Shown: positions 8,594 through 19,033, numbered from the stretch's first letter. The stretch is 37,094 nucleotides of DNA from Tubiluchus corallicola (GCA_030141605.1 JAQGDQ010002438.1:1-37094), one strand, 5' to 3'. The notes: generated from the letters alone by a model not told the origin. Program-made: numbers and translations.

Positions 8594-9033
8594 CTATTTA
8601 TTGCAATAAAACGCCTCATCGGATCGGGGGGCAAGTCCCACAGGCGATCGGGGCGGGCGTCAACGTCCAAGCGAATCGAATCTATCAAATTGATGCTACT
8701 GATCCAACAGGATTTTTAGTCGAGTACGCTGCCGGCGTAGATTTGCCGCTGGCCGGAATCGCTATGACGTCTTACGATAATACCGATGGCGGTGATGGTG
8801 CGGATGGCACGTTGATCGACATGCTCCACACAGAGGCAACTTGGCAAGTAGAATCCTTGGATGCCCAATTTACGGCGGCGTCAATCGGGCAAGAGGTTCA
8901 TTCTCTTGATGGCACACTTTATAATGTGTCGATTTCTGCCCCAACGATCGCCGGCCCAATCGGAAAAGTTATCCGTGTTATCAACAGCCAAAAAGCCGAA
9001 ATAGATATTACCGGCTATATGTACGTGATTTAA
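8590..9033 (+). CDS. Probable capsid decoration/cement protein
   Basis: 147 aa between protease and capsid; AGIA...IGKVI pattern typical of this position. Confidence 0.6.
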   Translation: MTIYCNKTPHRIGGQVPQAIGAGVNVQANRIYQIDATDPTGFLVEYAAGVDLPLAGIAMTSYDNTDGGDGADGTLIDMLHTEATWQVESLDAQFTAASIGQEVHSLDGTLYNVSISAPTIAGPIGKVIRVINSQKAEIDITGYMYVI

Positions 9034-9043
9034 GGGGGTTTAG

Positions 9044-9955
9044 ATGTCGACTATAAAATTTGATGCACAGCGGTTTTTGAGCAATGTACAAGAGCCTTTT
9101 GAAGTTTTGGCGGAGCAATTAACGCCGGCTTTAGGAAATAACTTAATAAAATTTATGCGAAGTGACCAAGAGGTCGAGCGGTACGCGGGGATCGGTAATC
9201 CCGGGCCACTTACGCGGGACGGCGCATCCTCCGCTTTAAGAACTTCGCCGGCAGAGTACGACCACACTATTTCGAATGATTTATTTTCAACAGCTTACCA
9301 AGTTAAGAAAATAAAGACGTTAACGGCGCCGGGAATACGGCTGCTACAACAAGAAGTACCGCAAAAATTAGCCATCCGAGCGGCGAACCATACAACGACT
9401 TTATTTATTAGCCTAATCAATCGTGGCGAGTTGGTGCCGTCTTTCACAACGGAACCGCTATTCTCGGAGAACCATGATATTTGCGGGAACATCCAAAGCA
9501 ATATTCATACGGGCACCGGATTTCTTGACGCACAAATTTCCCAAGATTTTGAGGACGCAACCACACGGTTAAACAGCTTTGTGGATGAGCACGGCGCGCC
9601 GCTATTTCAATCTGTTCCGGCGGGGACGGCGTATACGATTGTTCATGACATTTCCAAAACGTGGAAGTTCCGTAGAATTTTTGGTACGGAACTTTTGGAC
9701 AATTCGGACAATATTTTTAGAGGTGTGGCAAATTTGCAGCCGTTAAATATGGTTGCGTATGGCGGTTCGGCTGACGATTGGTATATTGTCATGAACACGG
9801 GAATGAACCAACCCGTTGTGATCCAGACTTTAGCGGACGTTTCTCTAACCACGTACGAAGATAACGACAATAAGCAGATCGTTTTTTACGCTGATTGGTT
9901 CGGCGGCGTGGGCGCGGGTGACCCTTTTGGAATCATTAAAGTCAAAAATTCGTAA
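9044..9955 (+). CDS. Major capsid protein (Mu gpT-like)
   Basis: 303 aa; ERYAGIG..P, PLFSENH, DWYI and GVGAGDP resemble gpT-family motifs; synteny. Confidence 0.85.
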   Translation: MSTIKFDAQRFLSNVQEPFEVLAEQLTPALGNNLIKFMRSDQEVERYAGIGNPGPLTRDGASSALRTSPAEYDHTISNDLFSTAYQVKKIKTLTAPGIRLLQQEVPQKLAIRAANHTTTLFISLINRGELVPSFTTEPLFSENHDICGNIQSNIHTGTGFLDAQISQDFEDATTRLNSFVDEHGAPLFQSVPAGTAYTIVHDISKTWKFRRIFGTELLDNSDNIFRGVANLQPLNMVAYGGSADDWYIVMNTGMNQPVVIQTLADVSLTTYEDNDNKQIVFYADWFGGVGAGDPFGIIKVKNS

Positions 9956-9958
9956 GGG

Positions 9959-10180
9959 GTGGGGGTTATGGCAAAAATCACGGTAAGAAATAAAACGCTC
10001 AGATTCCGTAGGCTTCCAAACGGGACCCGAGTTGCGGCTCGAAAAACAGTCGATGTTAATTTAACGCCGGCAGAAAAACACAAGCTGCTCAGCTGGGATT
10101 TATATAAGGGGCAGTTTGAAGTCGTTAAGAAAAAAATGCCGGAGCCGGTTGAGGTGATTGAAAATGTACGGGAGTCTTGA
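9959..10180 (+). CDS. Small hypothetical virion-associated protein (ATG 9968 is a possible start)
   Basis: Fills the gap after the capsid gene in the same orientation. Confidence 0.6.
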   Translation: MGVMAKITVRNKTLRFRRLPNGTRVAARKTVDVNLTPAEKHKLLSWDLYKGQFEVVKKKMPEPVEVIENVRES

Positions 10181-10646
10181 CGGCGTAAAAAATTATCTGA
10201 TTGGCTTCGAAGAGACGCCCGGCGGGATCATCGATGCCGACATACTCGGCTATTTGGACGGCGCGAGCGCCTATCTCGATAGTCGTTTTTATCATCTTTA
10301 CGAAGTTCCGATAACCGGCGCGGCGAGTTTGCGGATAATGGATTCGTTCGCGAATAAGCTTGCCGCGCACCAAGTCCGGCAGGCGCTATACGTGCCTGAT
10401 TCGAGCGATTTTTTCCAAGGTGGGCAGCAACTAGCTTCTTTGCGTGATGAAGTTTTAGCGGATATTTTGCTGTATATCCCAGAGGACAAGCAAGTTTTGA
10501 CCAGTCATGCGAGGTTGCCGGACGCCACCTTGAAAAAACGGGCGAATGAAACGGCGGCTATTTCTAAAGCCGGCGGCAAGGGCGCCTTGGCGAAAGGTTA
10601 TGAATCAGGGGGACGCCGTTATGGTTGTAAATGCCGTCGAATTTGA
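10164..10646 (+). CDS. Head-tail adaptor (Mu gp36/DUF1320-like)
   Basis: MYGSLDGVK...ASAYLDSRF..LYEVPI pattern; GAGGTG RBS; synteny. Confidence 0.7.
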   Translation: MYGSLDGVKNYLIGFEETPGGIIDADILGYLDGASAYLDSRFYHLYEVPITGAASLRIMDSFANKLAAHQVRQALYVPDSSDFFQGGQQLASLRDEVLADILLYIPEDKQVLTSHARLPDATLKKRANETAAISKAGGKGALAKGYESGGRRYGCKCRRI

Positions 10647-11085
10647 TACAGAAGAAATTGACAAGCTGATAAAAAATGCATTTCAGCAACTCGGCGATTT
10701 GTCGGATTTATGGGGCTCGGTGGGGAAGAGCATGTTCCAAAGTTTTAAAATTGGCTTTAAAAAATCGCCCGGGGCATTCGAGGACCTAGCCCCCTCAACG
10801 AAAAAATCCAAGGCGGCGAAAAATGACGGGCGAATTTACCCGGTGCTTGTGGATTCGGGGGACATGGAAAAATCGATGCTTAACCCAAGAGATCGCCATA
10901 CCATTGTGCGGATAAAAGCGGACAGTTTTACAGTTGGCACAAAGTTTCCCTACTACAAATATCATCACCACGGCACTAAAAAAATGCCGATGCGGCGAGT
11001 TGTAAAAATTTACCCGGAAGTCGAGGAGACTCTTCCGATGCTCGTTGAACAGTACCTTATAAATAATGTGGTGGGTGGGAAGTAA
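10621..11085 (+). CDS. Virion morphogenesis / tail completion protein (Mu gpG-like)
   Basis: LAPST, LVDSG and VGTKFPYYKYHHHGTKKMPMR motifs; likely start is ATG 10621 after AGGGGG. Confidence 0.8.
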   Translation: MVVNAVEFDTEEIDKLIKNAFQQLGDLSDLWGSVGKSMFQSFKIGFKKSPGAFEDLAPSTKKSKAAKNDGRIYPVLVDSGDMEKSMLNPRDRHTIVRIKADSFTVGTKFPYYKYHHHGTKKMPMRRVVKIYPEVEETLPMLVEQYLINNVVGGK

Positions 11086-11535
11086 ATGCTTGTAACAATT
11101 GACTTTTTTAACTATTGGTATGATCTGTACGTCGCTAATATTAACGACCAGATCGACTGCGTCGATTCGAGCTTGGAAAAAGTAAAAGACTTTTTCACAT
11201 ACCCTTTGAGCGGGAGAACGATCAACACTGACGTATTTTTTTCAGGGGGAATAGTTGGGCAAGATGTTGTTGATAATAGCGTAAACGGCAGAACGATAAT
11301 CGAAGCGACTTTTCAAGCGGTCATTTATGTTCGGAAATTGGGCGGCGAACCGGGGATTTTACGTGATATTTTTAAATATCAACAGGCACTTTTTAACGTT
11401 TCTTGTCTTGCACCGCCAACGCCGATAGTAAATATGACGGGCGGGCGGCGCATAAACGTGGTGCCCCCGATTCCAGACAGAGATAAAAGCGCGATAGCAA
11501 TTGCGCTACAAATAACGCAAACTTACGGAGTTTAA
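11086..11535 (+). CDS. Probable tail terminator
   Basis: 149 aa ORF just before the tail tube; positional. Confidence 0.5.
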   Translation: MLVTIDFFNYWYDLYVANINDQIDCVDSSLEKVKDFFTYPLSGRTINTDVFFSGGIVGQDVVDNSVNGRTIIEATFQAVIYVRKLGGEPGILRDIFKYQQALFNVSCLAPPTPIVNMTGGRRINVVPPIPDRDKSAIAIALQITQTYGV

Positions 11536-11537
11536 CG

Positions 11538-11732
11538 ATGAAGATAAGCACAGATGAAGATTGCACAATTGGGATTGGCGGCTGTAATTTGGTGTTCCGG
11601 ATCCGCGTAGCTACCGAAATCGGGCACCTTGAAAAGCCGCATAGAAACGCGGTTTTTAAGTATTTAGAAAATAAAGGAATTAATTTTGAAATTGTAGAAG
11701 AAGAAAAGGAGACCTTCGAGAATGGTGAATAA
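11538..11732 (+). CDS. Small hypothetical protein
   Basis: GGAG RBS; coupled within the operon. Confidence 0.6.
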   Translation: MKISTDEDCTIGIGGCNLVFRIRVATEIGHLEKPHRNAVFKYLENKGINFEIVEEEKETFENGE

Positions 11733-12639
11733 TATTTTAAATAGTCAATTCGGGGGCTTCAGCTCCGCTACGGTTGTCGATCGGCAAACCGGACAATTTC
11801 GCTATATTTATACGGTGGTTGGCTCGGCAGAGATGAACCTTGCCATTGAAAAAGAAGAAACATTAGCGGGGGAATACCGATTCCCCGTGGGCACTCTTTA
11901 CACGAAAGCCGAGTCCAGCTTGTCACTCACTTTGAAGCAAGTAAGCCCCTCATTTTTTGAAGATATAACCGGCGCGACGGTTGAGGAGTACGCCGCTTCC
12001 ACAGGAAATATTATACAACTTACGAACCATGCAGGCACTTCGGTGATTGACCCGCTTACCGGAATCACAGCTGTTAATATTGTCCTCGGGGAAGAGGCAA
12101 ATCTGAAAAGCGGAAATGTGACGCTTGTCGCTGATTCGGCAAATTCGGTAAATATTTACTATTCCGATAGCGCTGGCGGCGCGGATTTGATAAATACGGA
12201 AGGTAGGATAAATCAAGATCCTCTGGTTATTGCTGGCGGTACAGATAATGCGATTTTGGACAGGTACGGGAACGCAACTCTTGGCTTATCCCTTACCGGC
12301 GCCGTCTCTGTTGGATTCCAACCGGGCGACACGGCAACTTTTTCGGTGATCGCGAATCATTCCGGCGCCTATGTCGCTACAATTGAAGAGTCGATTTTAC
12401 CCGGCGAATTTGGGTTAATTTTACGTTCCGGCACGATGAGCGATGGATCTTATGCGGTTGTCGAACTTTATAGGGTATCCGGCGCCATGCCGGGGATCGC
12501 CATGGCGATGGATGAGCTTTCAGAATTTACTTTAGATATGTCGGTTTTGAGTGACGCGTGTCGCGGCGGGCAAATTGGAAATATCAGAATCGTTAACGGC
12601 GGCGCAAGCAGCTGCCCGGTTGGGTTGACGAGCCTATGA
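11722..12639 (+). CDS. Major tail (tube) protein
   Basis: 305 aa, rich in G/S/T/V; precedes chaperones and tape measure; no sheath gene present. Confidence 0.75.
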   Translation: MVNNILNSQFGGFSSATVVDRQTGQFRYIYTVVGSAEMNLAIEKEETLAGEYRFPVGTLYTKAESSLSLTLKQVSPSFFEDITGATVEEYAASTGNIIQLTNHAGTSVIDPLTGITAVNIVLGEEANLKSGNVTLVADSANSVNIYYSDSAGGADLINTEGRINQDPLVIAGGTDNAILDRYGNATLGLSLTGAVSVGFQPGDTATFSVIANHSGAYVATIEESILPGEFGLILRSGTMSDGSYAVVELYRVSGAMPGIAMAMDELSEFTLDMSVLSDACRGGQIGNIRIVNGGASSCPVGLTSL

Positions 12640-13034
12640 AATTAGAATTTTTAAGCCCTTTCAAAACTTACTCGATTGAGATCGGCAAAAACAGATACGT
12701 TTTACGGCAGTGGGATTTTACAGCTCATTGTTGGGCGCTTGATAAGTTCGACCCCGAAAAACAGAAACAGCCAAACGATGTTCTTTCCGAGCTCATAGCG
12801 GGAATCGGGGAAGATAAAAAAGGGGAAAGCCTGCTTTTTTGCGTGGAGCAGCTTCTCCACGAAGGTGACTTTGACAGTTTTAAAAAAGACTTTTTTAAAA
12901 TCTCTCCCTTAGATACCCGAAAAATAATGGCTTTGATTTTCGAGATTATTCAGGATGGATACGTCAATCCCGACGAGGCGAATATGGGAAAGAAGGCGCC
13001 CCCGCTGGAGGAGGAGTCGATCAGTGGGGGCTAA
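12636..13034 (+). CDS. Tail assembly chaperone (gpG-like)
   Basis: Lies between tube and tape measure; has a slippery site near its 3' end. Confidence 0.8.
   Translation: MKLEFLSPFKTYSIEIGKNRYVLRQWDFTAHCWALDKFDPEKQKQPNDVLSELIAGIGEDKKGESLLFCVEQLLHEGDFDSFKKDFFKISPLDTRKIMALIFEIIQDGYVNPDEANMGKKAPPLEEESISGG
12986..12992 (+). other. Programmed -1 ribosomal frameshift site G GGA AAG
   Basis: Same heptamer as lambda G/GT and correctly phased (ATG GGA AAG); the -1 frame is open to 13315. Confidence 0.9.
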
Positions 13035-13315
13035 TCTATTCAGAACTTGTACTTTTTGGCGGTTTGACGGAAGAGGAATTTTACAAATCTACTTGTAAAC
13101 GATTGAATTATATATATTATTTATCTGTTGAAAAAAGACATACGGAGCAACTGGCCACTCTTTTATATGAGCGCGTGCCGCCAAAAAATAAGGATTTTCC
13201 AAAGGCGCCAAAAAACCCCTTTAATAAGGGGAGGAGTAAAGAAATGACGGAGGAAGAAGGGAAGCGCTTTATACAAGAAACTAAAGAGATGCTAGGCGTC
13301 CTGAATAAATTATAA
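12986..13315 (+). CDS. Frameshift extension of the tail chaperone (gpGT-like; full product 12636-13315)
   Basis: The -1 frame reads KEGAPAGGGVDQWGLIYSELVLFGGLTEEEFYK..., continuous with track ORF 13064..13315. Confidence 0.85.
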   Translation, partial: GKEGAPAGGGVDQWGLIYSELVLFGGLTEEEFYKSTCKRLNYIYYLSVEKRHTEQLATLLYERVPPKNKDFPKAPKNPFNKGRSKEMTEEEGKRFIQETKEMLGVLNKL

Positions 13316-13332
13316 AATAGTAGCGGTGAAAA

Positions 13333-15960
13333 ATGGTCGAAACAGTTGTAAAAATTGGCGGGGATGCTTCTGGGGCAAAGAAGGCATTTTCCGAACTCGA
13401 TGCGAGTACCGCGCGTTCAAAAAAAGCGGTTGCGGATTTGAAAAAAGTAATCGCTGCCACATTTGCCGCTAATACGGCAGCGATAGCCGCCACCACTAAA
13501 AAATATGCGGAATTTGAAAAGTCATTTACTTCGGTAACTTCCCTTTTAATCGAAGGCGGGAAGCTGAATGAGGAATTTGCGAAGACCTTAAAACAAGGCG
13601 CTTTGACGCTTTCTGCCCAATACGGGCAGGCGGTTGATGCGACGAATAATGCGTTATTTTCTCTAGTTTCTGCCGGCGTTGATGCCGGCGAATCGATCGA
13701 ATTTTTGGAACAAGCGATGCGGCTCGCCGAGGCGGGGAGCACGGATGTTGCAACCGCAACTAACGCCCTTGTGGCTGCGTACTCTGCTTTTGGCGAGGAG
13801 GCGGGAACTGCGGAAGAAATCGCGCAGTCGTTTTTCGCCGCTCAAAAATTCGGGATAACCACGGTCGGCGAGCTCGCGTCTGAGTTCAATAAAGTTGGAG
13901 CTCAAGCGAAAAATCTGGGGCTTTCGTACGATGAGACGCTCGCATCGATGGCGGCGTTGACGACTAGCGGCATGGTGCCGCAGGCTCAAGCGGCGACTCA
14001 AATTTCTGCATTAATGACCGGTCTCGTCCGTTCTCAAAGTCGACTTGCTGAAGAATCGAGCGAGCTTCAGGAGGCGCTATCGCTCACCAGCGTAAAAACG
14101 AATGGTCTTGAGGGATCCCTTTTAAAAGCCAAAGACGCGATGATCGAGCAGGGGCTTTCTGCCGATGAAATTACCATAAAATTTCAAAAAATTCTTGGCT
14201 CTTCCGAAGCCGTGGCAGCGGCTCAGGGGCTACTGGGAGCCGCGTCCGAATCGCTTATAAAAATTCAAGAAAATTTGAGCGATGAGCTGGAGCGGACGGA
14301 CACTTTCAACAAGGCTGTCGCCGATTCCACCACCACCGTGGACGCGCAAACCCGGCAAATGCGCGAAAGTTTCAACACGCTATTAATCTTGCTCGGCGAG
14401 AAATTTTTACCGGTAATCACGGAACTAATTAAAAATTTAACCGCTTTGATTAGGAAACTGACGGATCCCGCGTACGTAGAAATTACCGCAAAAATTATGA
14501 AAATCGTCGGCGCGGTGACGGCGTTCAGCGCGGCGCTTTATGCCTCAATAAAAGCCACAAGATTGGCGATTGCGGTCTATACTCTTTTTTCAAAAACCGT
14601 GGTGGCGGTCACTACCGCATTCAAATTTTTAAATGTAGTTTTACGAGCGAATCCAATTGGCGCGATAGTGACGGCTGTTACTATCGTAATCGCCGCCTTT
14701 CAGGATTGGGATAAAATCACCAAAAAAATTAACGTAACCATTGATAATTTTATTCAGAAAGGCGGGTTTTTAGGGGCTTCTCTCAAAAAGTTAAGAGATA
14801 TAATTGTTGATGTTGTCGGATGGATGGGTAAGTTTTTAGGCTCGATTTTCAGCGTCGGCGAGGCGACTGGCGAATCGCTCAGCGGATTTGAGGAAGCCGA
14901 ATCGGCGCTAGGGAGCTTAAGCGAAACGGTTGAAAATACGGGCGAAAGCATAGACGAACTAAATAAAAAAGAAATAAAAATCCACGTGGATAATGAAGAT
15001 GTCGCCGATTCGCTACATGATATTTTGGACGCTAGCGAGGAATTAATCGAGGGGGAAATAGAAAATTATAATCGTCTGGTCGATTCGTTTGGGGATACGC
15101 AAGACGAAATGACGAATAGCCTAGCCCACGCAGCTGCCGAACGAATCGAAAAAATGAAGGAGGAACACGAGCAGCAAATAGCCAATTCCGGGTTGAGTGA
15201 GGAGGAGGCGCAGGTTCGTTTAGATCGGTTAGAATTTTTCGAAGTTTCCGAATCGGAACATTTGGAAAAGCTTAAAGATATTCGCGAAGTTGCGGCATCT
15301 AGCCAAGTTGAAATTGAGAAAAAACTAAAAACTGACGTTGGTAAAATTCAGGAAACCGCAAGAAAAGAGGAGATAGCCGCCTCTAAAACCCAAGCCGCAG
15401 AGTTGGAAAAAATAGAGAAGGAGCATAACGCCACTTCTCTAAAAAATGAAAAGGATGTGTGGGGTAGCCGCTTGGAAATGATCCGGGAAGGTTCGGCAGC
15501 GATGAAAAGTTTAAGCATTTCCGGAGGCGCAACCATCGCGCGAATAAATCAGGCAATGCAACTAAAAAGCGCTACGATTGACCTGTCCCGCGCCGTCATG
15601 TCGGCACTGGCGATCCCCCCTTCGCCTAATTTAAAAGCCGCAGCGAAAGCAGTCGCGGCAGGCACGCCGCACATTTCAACAATCGCCGCGCAAAAATTTA
15701 ATACGGGCGGGATCGTGGATTCTGGTCCAGCAGGAATCGATACGGTTCCCGCGCTTTTAACTCGCGGCGAAATGGTCTTGCCAAAAGCGCTAACAGAAAA
15801 AGCGGTCAACGTTTTCAATGGTTTAAACGAAACTTTGGACGGCAAAGCCGTTAACTTCAATATAACGGTCGAGGGAAATATGGTCGATAATAAGGAATTT
15901 GCGCGGGAGTTAATTCCTGAAATTCAGGAGGTTATCCAAGAGGAGAACTATAAATTATGA
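13333..15960 (+). CDS. Tape measure protein (TP901-family core)
   Basis: 875 aa, Ala-rich helical; ANPIGAIVTAV; C-terminal FNTGGIV..G.DTVPALLTRGEMV. Confidence 0.95.
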   Translation: MVETVVKIGGDASGAKKAFSELDASTARSKKAVADLKKVIAATFAANTAAIAATTKKYAEFEKSFTSVTSLLIEGGKLNEEFAKTLKQGALTLSAQYGQAVDATNNALFSLVSAGVDAGESIEFLEQAMRLAEAGSTDVATATNALVAAYSAFGEEAGTAEEIAQSFFAAQKFGITTVGELASEFNKVGAQAKNLGLSYDETLASMAALTTSGMVPQAQAATQISALMTGLVRSQSRLAEESSELQEALSLTSVKTNGLEGSLLKAKDAMIEQGLSADEITIKFQKILGSSEAVAAAQGLLGAASESLIKIQENLSDELERTDTFNKAVADSTTTVDAQTRQMRESFNTLLILLGEKFLPVITELIKNLTALIRKLTDPAYVEITAKIMKIVGAVTAFSAALYASIKATRLAIAVYTLFSKTVVAVTTAFKFLNVVLRANPIGAIVTAVTIVIAAFQDWDKITKKINVTIDNFIQKGGFLGASLKKLRDIIVDVVGWMGKFLGSIFSVGEATGESLSGFEEAESALGSLSETVENTGESIDELNKKEIKIHVDNEDVADSLHDILDASEELIEGEIENYNRLVDSFGDTQDEMTNSLAHAAAERIEKMKEEHEQQIANSGLSEEEAQVRLDRLEFFEVSESEHLEKLKDIREVAASSQVEIEKKLKTDVGKIQETARKEEIAASKTQAAELEKIEKEHNATSLKNEKDVWGSRLEMIREGSAAMKSLSISGGATIARINQAMQLKSATIDLSRAVMSALAIPPSPNLKAAAKAVAAGTPHISTIAAQKFNTGGIVDSGPAGIDTVPALLTRGEMVLPKALTEKAVNVFNGLNETLDGKAVNFNITVEGNMVDNKEFARELIPEIQEVIQEENYKL

Positions 15961-16379
15961 CCTTGTGCTTTGAAAGTAAAATAGAATATGGTACGGAGAC
16001 TTTTACCTATGCATACCCCATAAAAAATCTGGGCGGCGTGCAGGAGAATCATAAAACGGCGGGAAGTGTGACGACCAGTATTACGGGCGTTCAGCAAACA
16101 ATTATCCACTATCAAGAGGCGCTTGTTTCCTTGGTTTTTGAGCGGTTGTCGCCTCTTGAGCTGGAAGAATTCCGGGAATTTTATCTCTTGCACGCCAGCC
16201 GAGGATTGGAATTTACGGTATACCAAAATCTAGCCGACCCGCTGCCCGAGACCTACACGCTGCAAGACGGCGGTCGCTCGCTGCAAGTAAAATTTAACGG
16301 CTGGCAAAACTCAGAATCTGCCACTTATGAACTTGTTCAAGCGTGGGAAGTTATTTTGAAATGCAGGAGGGTTCTATAA
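15957..16379 (+). CDS. Probable distal tail protein
   Basis: 140 aa directly after the TMP with an ATGA overlap. Confidence 0.6.
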   Translation: MTLCFESKIEYGTETFTYAYPIKNLGGVQENHKTAGSVTTSITGVQQTIIHYQEALVSLVFERLSPLELEEFREFYLLHASRGLEFTVYQNLADPLPETYTLQDGGRSLQVKFNGWQNSESATYELVQAWEVILKCRRVL

Positions 16380-16382
16380 AAA

Positions 16383-18188
16383 ATGCCCACTTTTCAAGAG
16401 GTTATCGACTCAACTAAAAGCCTAACTCCCAATATTGTTATTGATATAGAAGGTACATTTTTCGCCATGCGGCTACCTGATTCGGGGGTGCCCGATGCAT
16501 TGATTTACGAAGGGTTGGTTGTGGACGCGCAATTTCCGAGAATCGACGTTGACATAAATAGGCAAAATACCGCTTTTCCATCAATAAAAATTGAGCTGCT
16601 GGACAAAGATTACCTTGTTTCTCAATTTTTGAGTGAATTCGACACTATCTTCGCAATTGAAAAATCGGTAATCGTGTACTATGGATTCTCTGACGCTGGC
16701 ATGGATCTTGCAGACTATATCCAAACTCAACCGATGCGAATAATAAATACGCAATACAAAAAAAATATATGGATTTTGGAATGCCGGACCTCAATTGATT
16801 TTTTAAAAAAGGGAGCATATCAGCAAGCCGGCACGCTTCTTGCAGACATAGATGAAGTTGCTAGCAGCTTTTCAATTTCAATCGACAGCGACCTTCCCGT
16901 TTCTACGGAATGGCCGCTATCCTCGCATCTAAAAATTGATGACGAGATTGTTGAATATGGCAGCTATACTATTTTACCAACCGCCATATTTTTTACCTTG
17001 GTGCCCGGCTCGCGAGGTTCATTCGGCACGATTCCTGCGGAGCATAAATTAGGCGCGCTAGTTCAACATGTCTACGTAGTTGAAGGAAATCCCATAGACA
17101 TTCTAATAGATTTACTATCGGATTCCGGCACGCTACCGGAGGCGGCGGGGATTCCAATTTCAGAAATAGACGTCACGCAATTTGAAAGCGTGCGGGATGC
17201 GTATTATCCCCTTGTTCTTAATAGATTTTTTCTGACGGGAATTGAGAATCTTCTGGAGTGGCTAGAAGAATTCATATTAATTCCGTATCAAATTCGCCTA
17301 ACCGTTTCGCCTGAATCGAATAAAATTCAACTCATCCCCCTAGTGCCGTCTACGGCAATCGAGCCCACAGAAACCATTGAGGACTACGAGACAAAAGGCG
17401 CCTCCTATAAAATCGAATCGGACGCAATCGTAAATAAGTTGTTGGTTTTATGGGATTTTGTTCCGGGAATCGGGTATCGCAGGAAGTCATCTTACAATTT
17501 AACCTCCTCCCAAAATTTATATGGAATTCGGGAGCTAACTTATCAGGTTCCCGGAGCGTCAACGGATTTGTCGGGAAAAATTGTGATTGATACAATCGCG
17601 ATTCGCTCATTCCAAAGATCGCAGGAACCGGGGCTACAAGTTTCATTAAAAACGCAAATAGATAAGTCTTTAATTCCCGTGACTTCTGTTGTGGACGTTC
17701 AAATTCCATTTTTTCCTACGCCCGAAGATCCGGCTTTTTTGTCACGTGCTATGAATATCCTAAGTAAAAACTTGAATTTTTTAAATGGTACAGTACAATA
17801 TAAATTAGCGGCTACCCGCTTTTCAAAGCGGTCGCGAGTCGGGAGGTACTGCCCGCGGTCGTTAATTTCCAGTGTGGTAGCACTTGATAAACTGGAGGTT
17901 TCAACCGACGCGAATTTCTGGAAAGAGGGAGACTTTGTTACGTTGTACGATGAATCTACAGGAATCTATAGCGAATTAGGGGAAATTGCCGACATTGATT
18001 TTATAGATTTTGATAGCGCGACCTTTACTTTTGTGGCGCCGTTCGTCTCGCCGATGGTTGGCATGTTTCTTGCTTTGCCGAATTATGACGATGCGACCGC
18101 CGAGCAAAAAGACCGCTGGGCTTGGTGGGCGGATGAAGGCGCCCAGTTTCCTGACGGCGGCGACCCGTATACTTATGATTTTGGATAG
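16383..18188 (+). CDS. Tail tip / baseplate hub protein
   Basis: 601 aa; KIDDEIVEY...RGSFGT.PAEH and GNPIDIL motifs seen in phage tail-tip proteins; synteny. Confidence 0.7.
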   Translation: MPTFQEVIDSTKSLTPNIVIDIEGTFFAMRLPDSGVPDALIYEGLVVDAQFPRIDVDINRQNTAFPSIKIELLDKDYLVSQFLSEFDTIFAIEKSVIVYYGFSDAGMDLADYIQTQPMRIINTQYKKNIWILECRTSIDFLKKGAYQQAGTLLADIDEVASSFSISIDSDLPVSTEWPLSSHLKIDDEIVEYGSYTILPTAIFFTLVPGSRGSFGTIPAEHKLGALVQHVYVVEGNPIDILIDLLSDSGTLPEAAGIPISEIDVTQFESVRDAYYPLVLNRFFLTGIENLLEWLEEFILIPYQIRLTVSPESNKIQLIPLVPSTAIEPTETIEDYETKGASYKIESDAIVNKLLVLWDFVPGIGYRRKSSYNLTSSQNLYGIRELTYQVPGASTDLSGKIVIDTIAIRSFQRSQEPGLQVSLKTQIDKSLIPVTSVVDVQIPFFPTPEDPAFLSRAMNILSKNLNFLNGTVQYKLAATRFSKRSRVGRYCPRSLISSVVALDKLEVSTDANFWKEGDFVTLYDESTGIYSELGEIADIDFIDFDSATFTFVAPFVSPMVGMFLALPNYDDATAEQKDRWAWWADEGAQFPDGGDPYTYDFG

Positions 18189-18200
18189 GTAAAATTATAA

Positions 18201-19022
18201 ATGGCTGTTTTAAATGATATTTTTATAGAATTTTTAACCACGCTTGAACCCGGGCGTCCGATAAATTCAGGTGCGGCGATTCGGCAATTTAACAATAATC
18301 CGACAAATATAAAAGAAATTTTTGAGGAGAATTTTAAGGAAGGCGCCTTCCCTATCCACACAACTTTAATCGCGAATGGGGTAGTCGCGTGTAAGATTGG
18401 CGCGATAATTCAGGGAACGCCGGACCCCGGTACAGGCGAGGTATTCCTGTACCGCGCTATTGTGGACGGGGCGAACCCTCTTGACCTTGCTAACCCTTTG
18501 ATCTGGCAGCCTTTTTTAGCGATACGCGGGGATGAAATCGAACTACTGACGACCGCTAAAATAACAAATTTGACAGCGGGCGAGGGCCCCAATGACGCGA
18601 TCAACTACGCGCAAACACAACCTATTTTAGTTGCAACAAATTTACTATCTGATTGGGGAGCGGTTGACGCTCAAGTACCTTTTTTGCTTGAGCGCGGCGG
18701 CATGTATAAAATTATTATTGAGCGAGTCGCCGCTTCCTCATTCCCAACTGTTTTAGACATTTTTATTTTTGCTTTTCAAAATTTATTTGTGCTCCCAAGT
18801 TCATATACCCCCGCAGCGATCGGCACAGGGTGGGTGACGGGAACAGGCGATCGGTATCCCCCCAACTCAATCGAGTTTGCTGTACGGACAGACACACCAG
18901 CGCCAACGATAACGGTCGATTTAGAATTAATATATTTTTTTAACGGAAGCGGCGACCCACTTTCAAATTTCAGAACGCGAATGTTTAAAGTAAACGGGCT
19001 TCCGATTCAATCTTTTACGTAA
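18201..19022 (+). CDS. Probable tail fibre/spike component
   Basis: Contains KITNLTAGEGPNDAINYAQ, a YadA-type neck motif typical of trimeric fibres. Confidence 0.65.
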   Translation: MAVLNDIFIEFLTTLEPGRPINSGAAIRQFNNNPTNIKEIFEENFKEGAFPIHTTLIANGVVACKIGAIIQGTPDPGTGEVFLYRAIVDGANPLDLANPLIWQPFLAIRGDEIELLTTAKITNLTAGEGPNDAINYAQTQPILVATNLLSDWGAVDAQVPFLLERGGMYKIIIERVAASSFPTVLDIFIFAFQNLFVLPSSYTPAAIGTGWVTGTGDRYPPNSIEFAVRTDTPAPTITVDLELIYFFNGSGDPLSNFRTRMFKVNGLPIQSFT

Positions 19023-19033
19023 AGGAAAAATAT

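Noticed and set aside
13064-13315. Independent gene with a TTG start
   Set aside because: Better explained as the -1 frameshift extension of the tail chaperone
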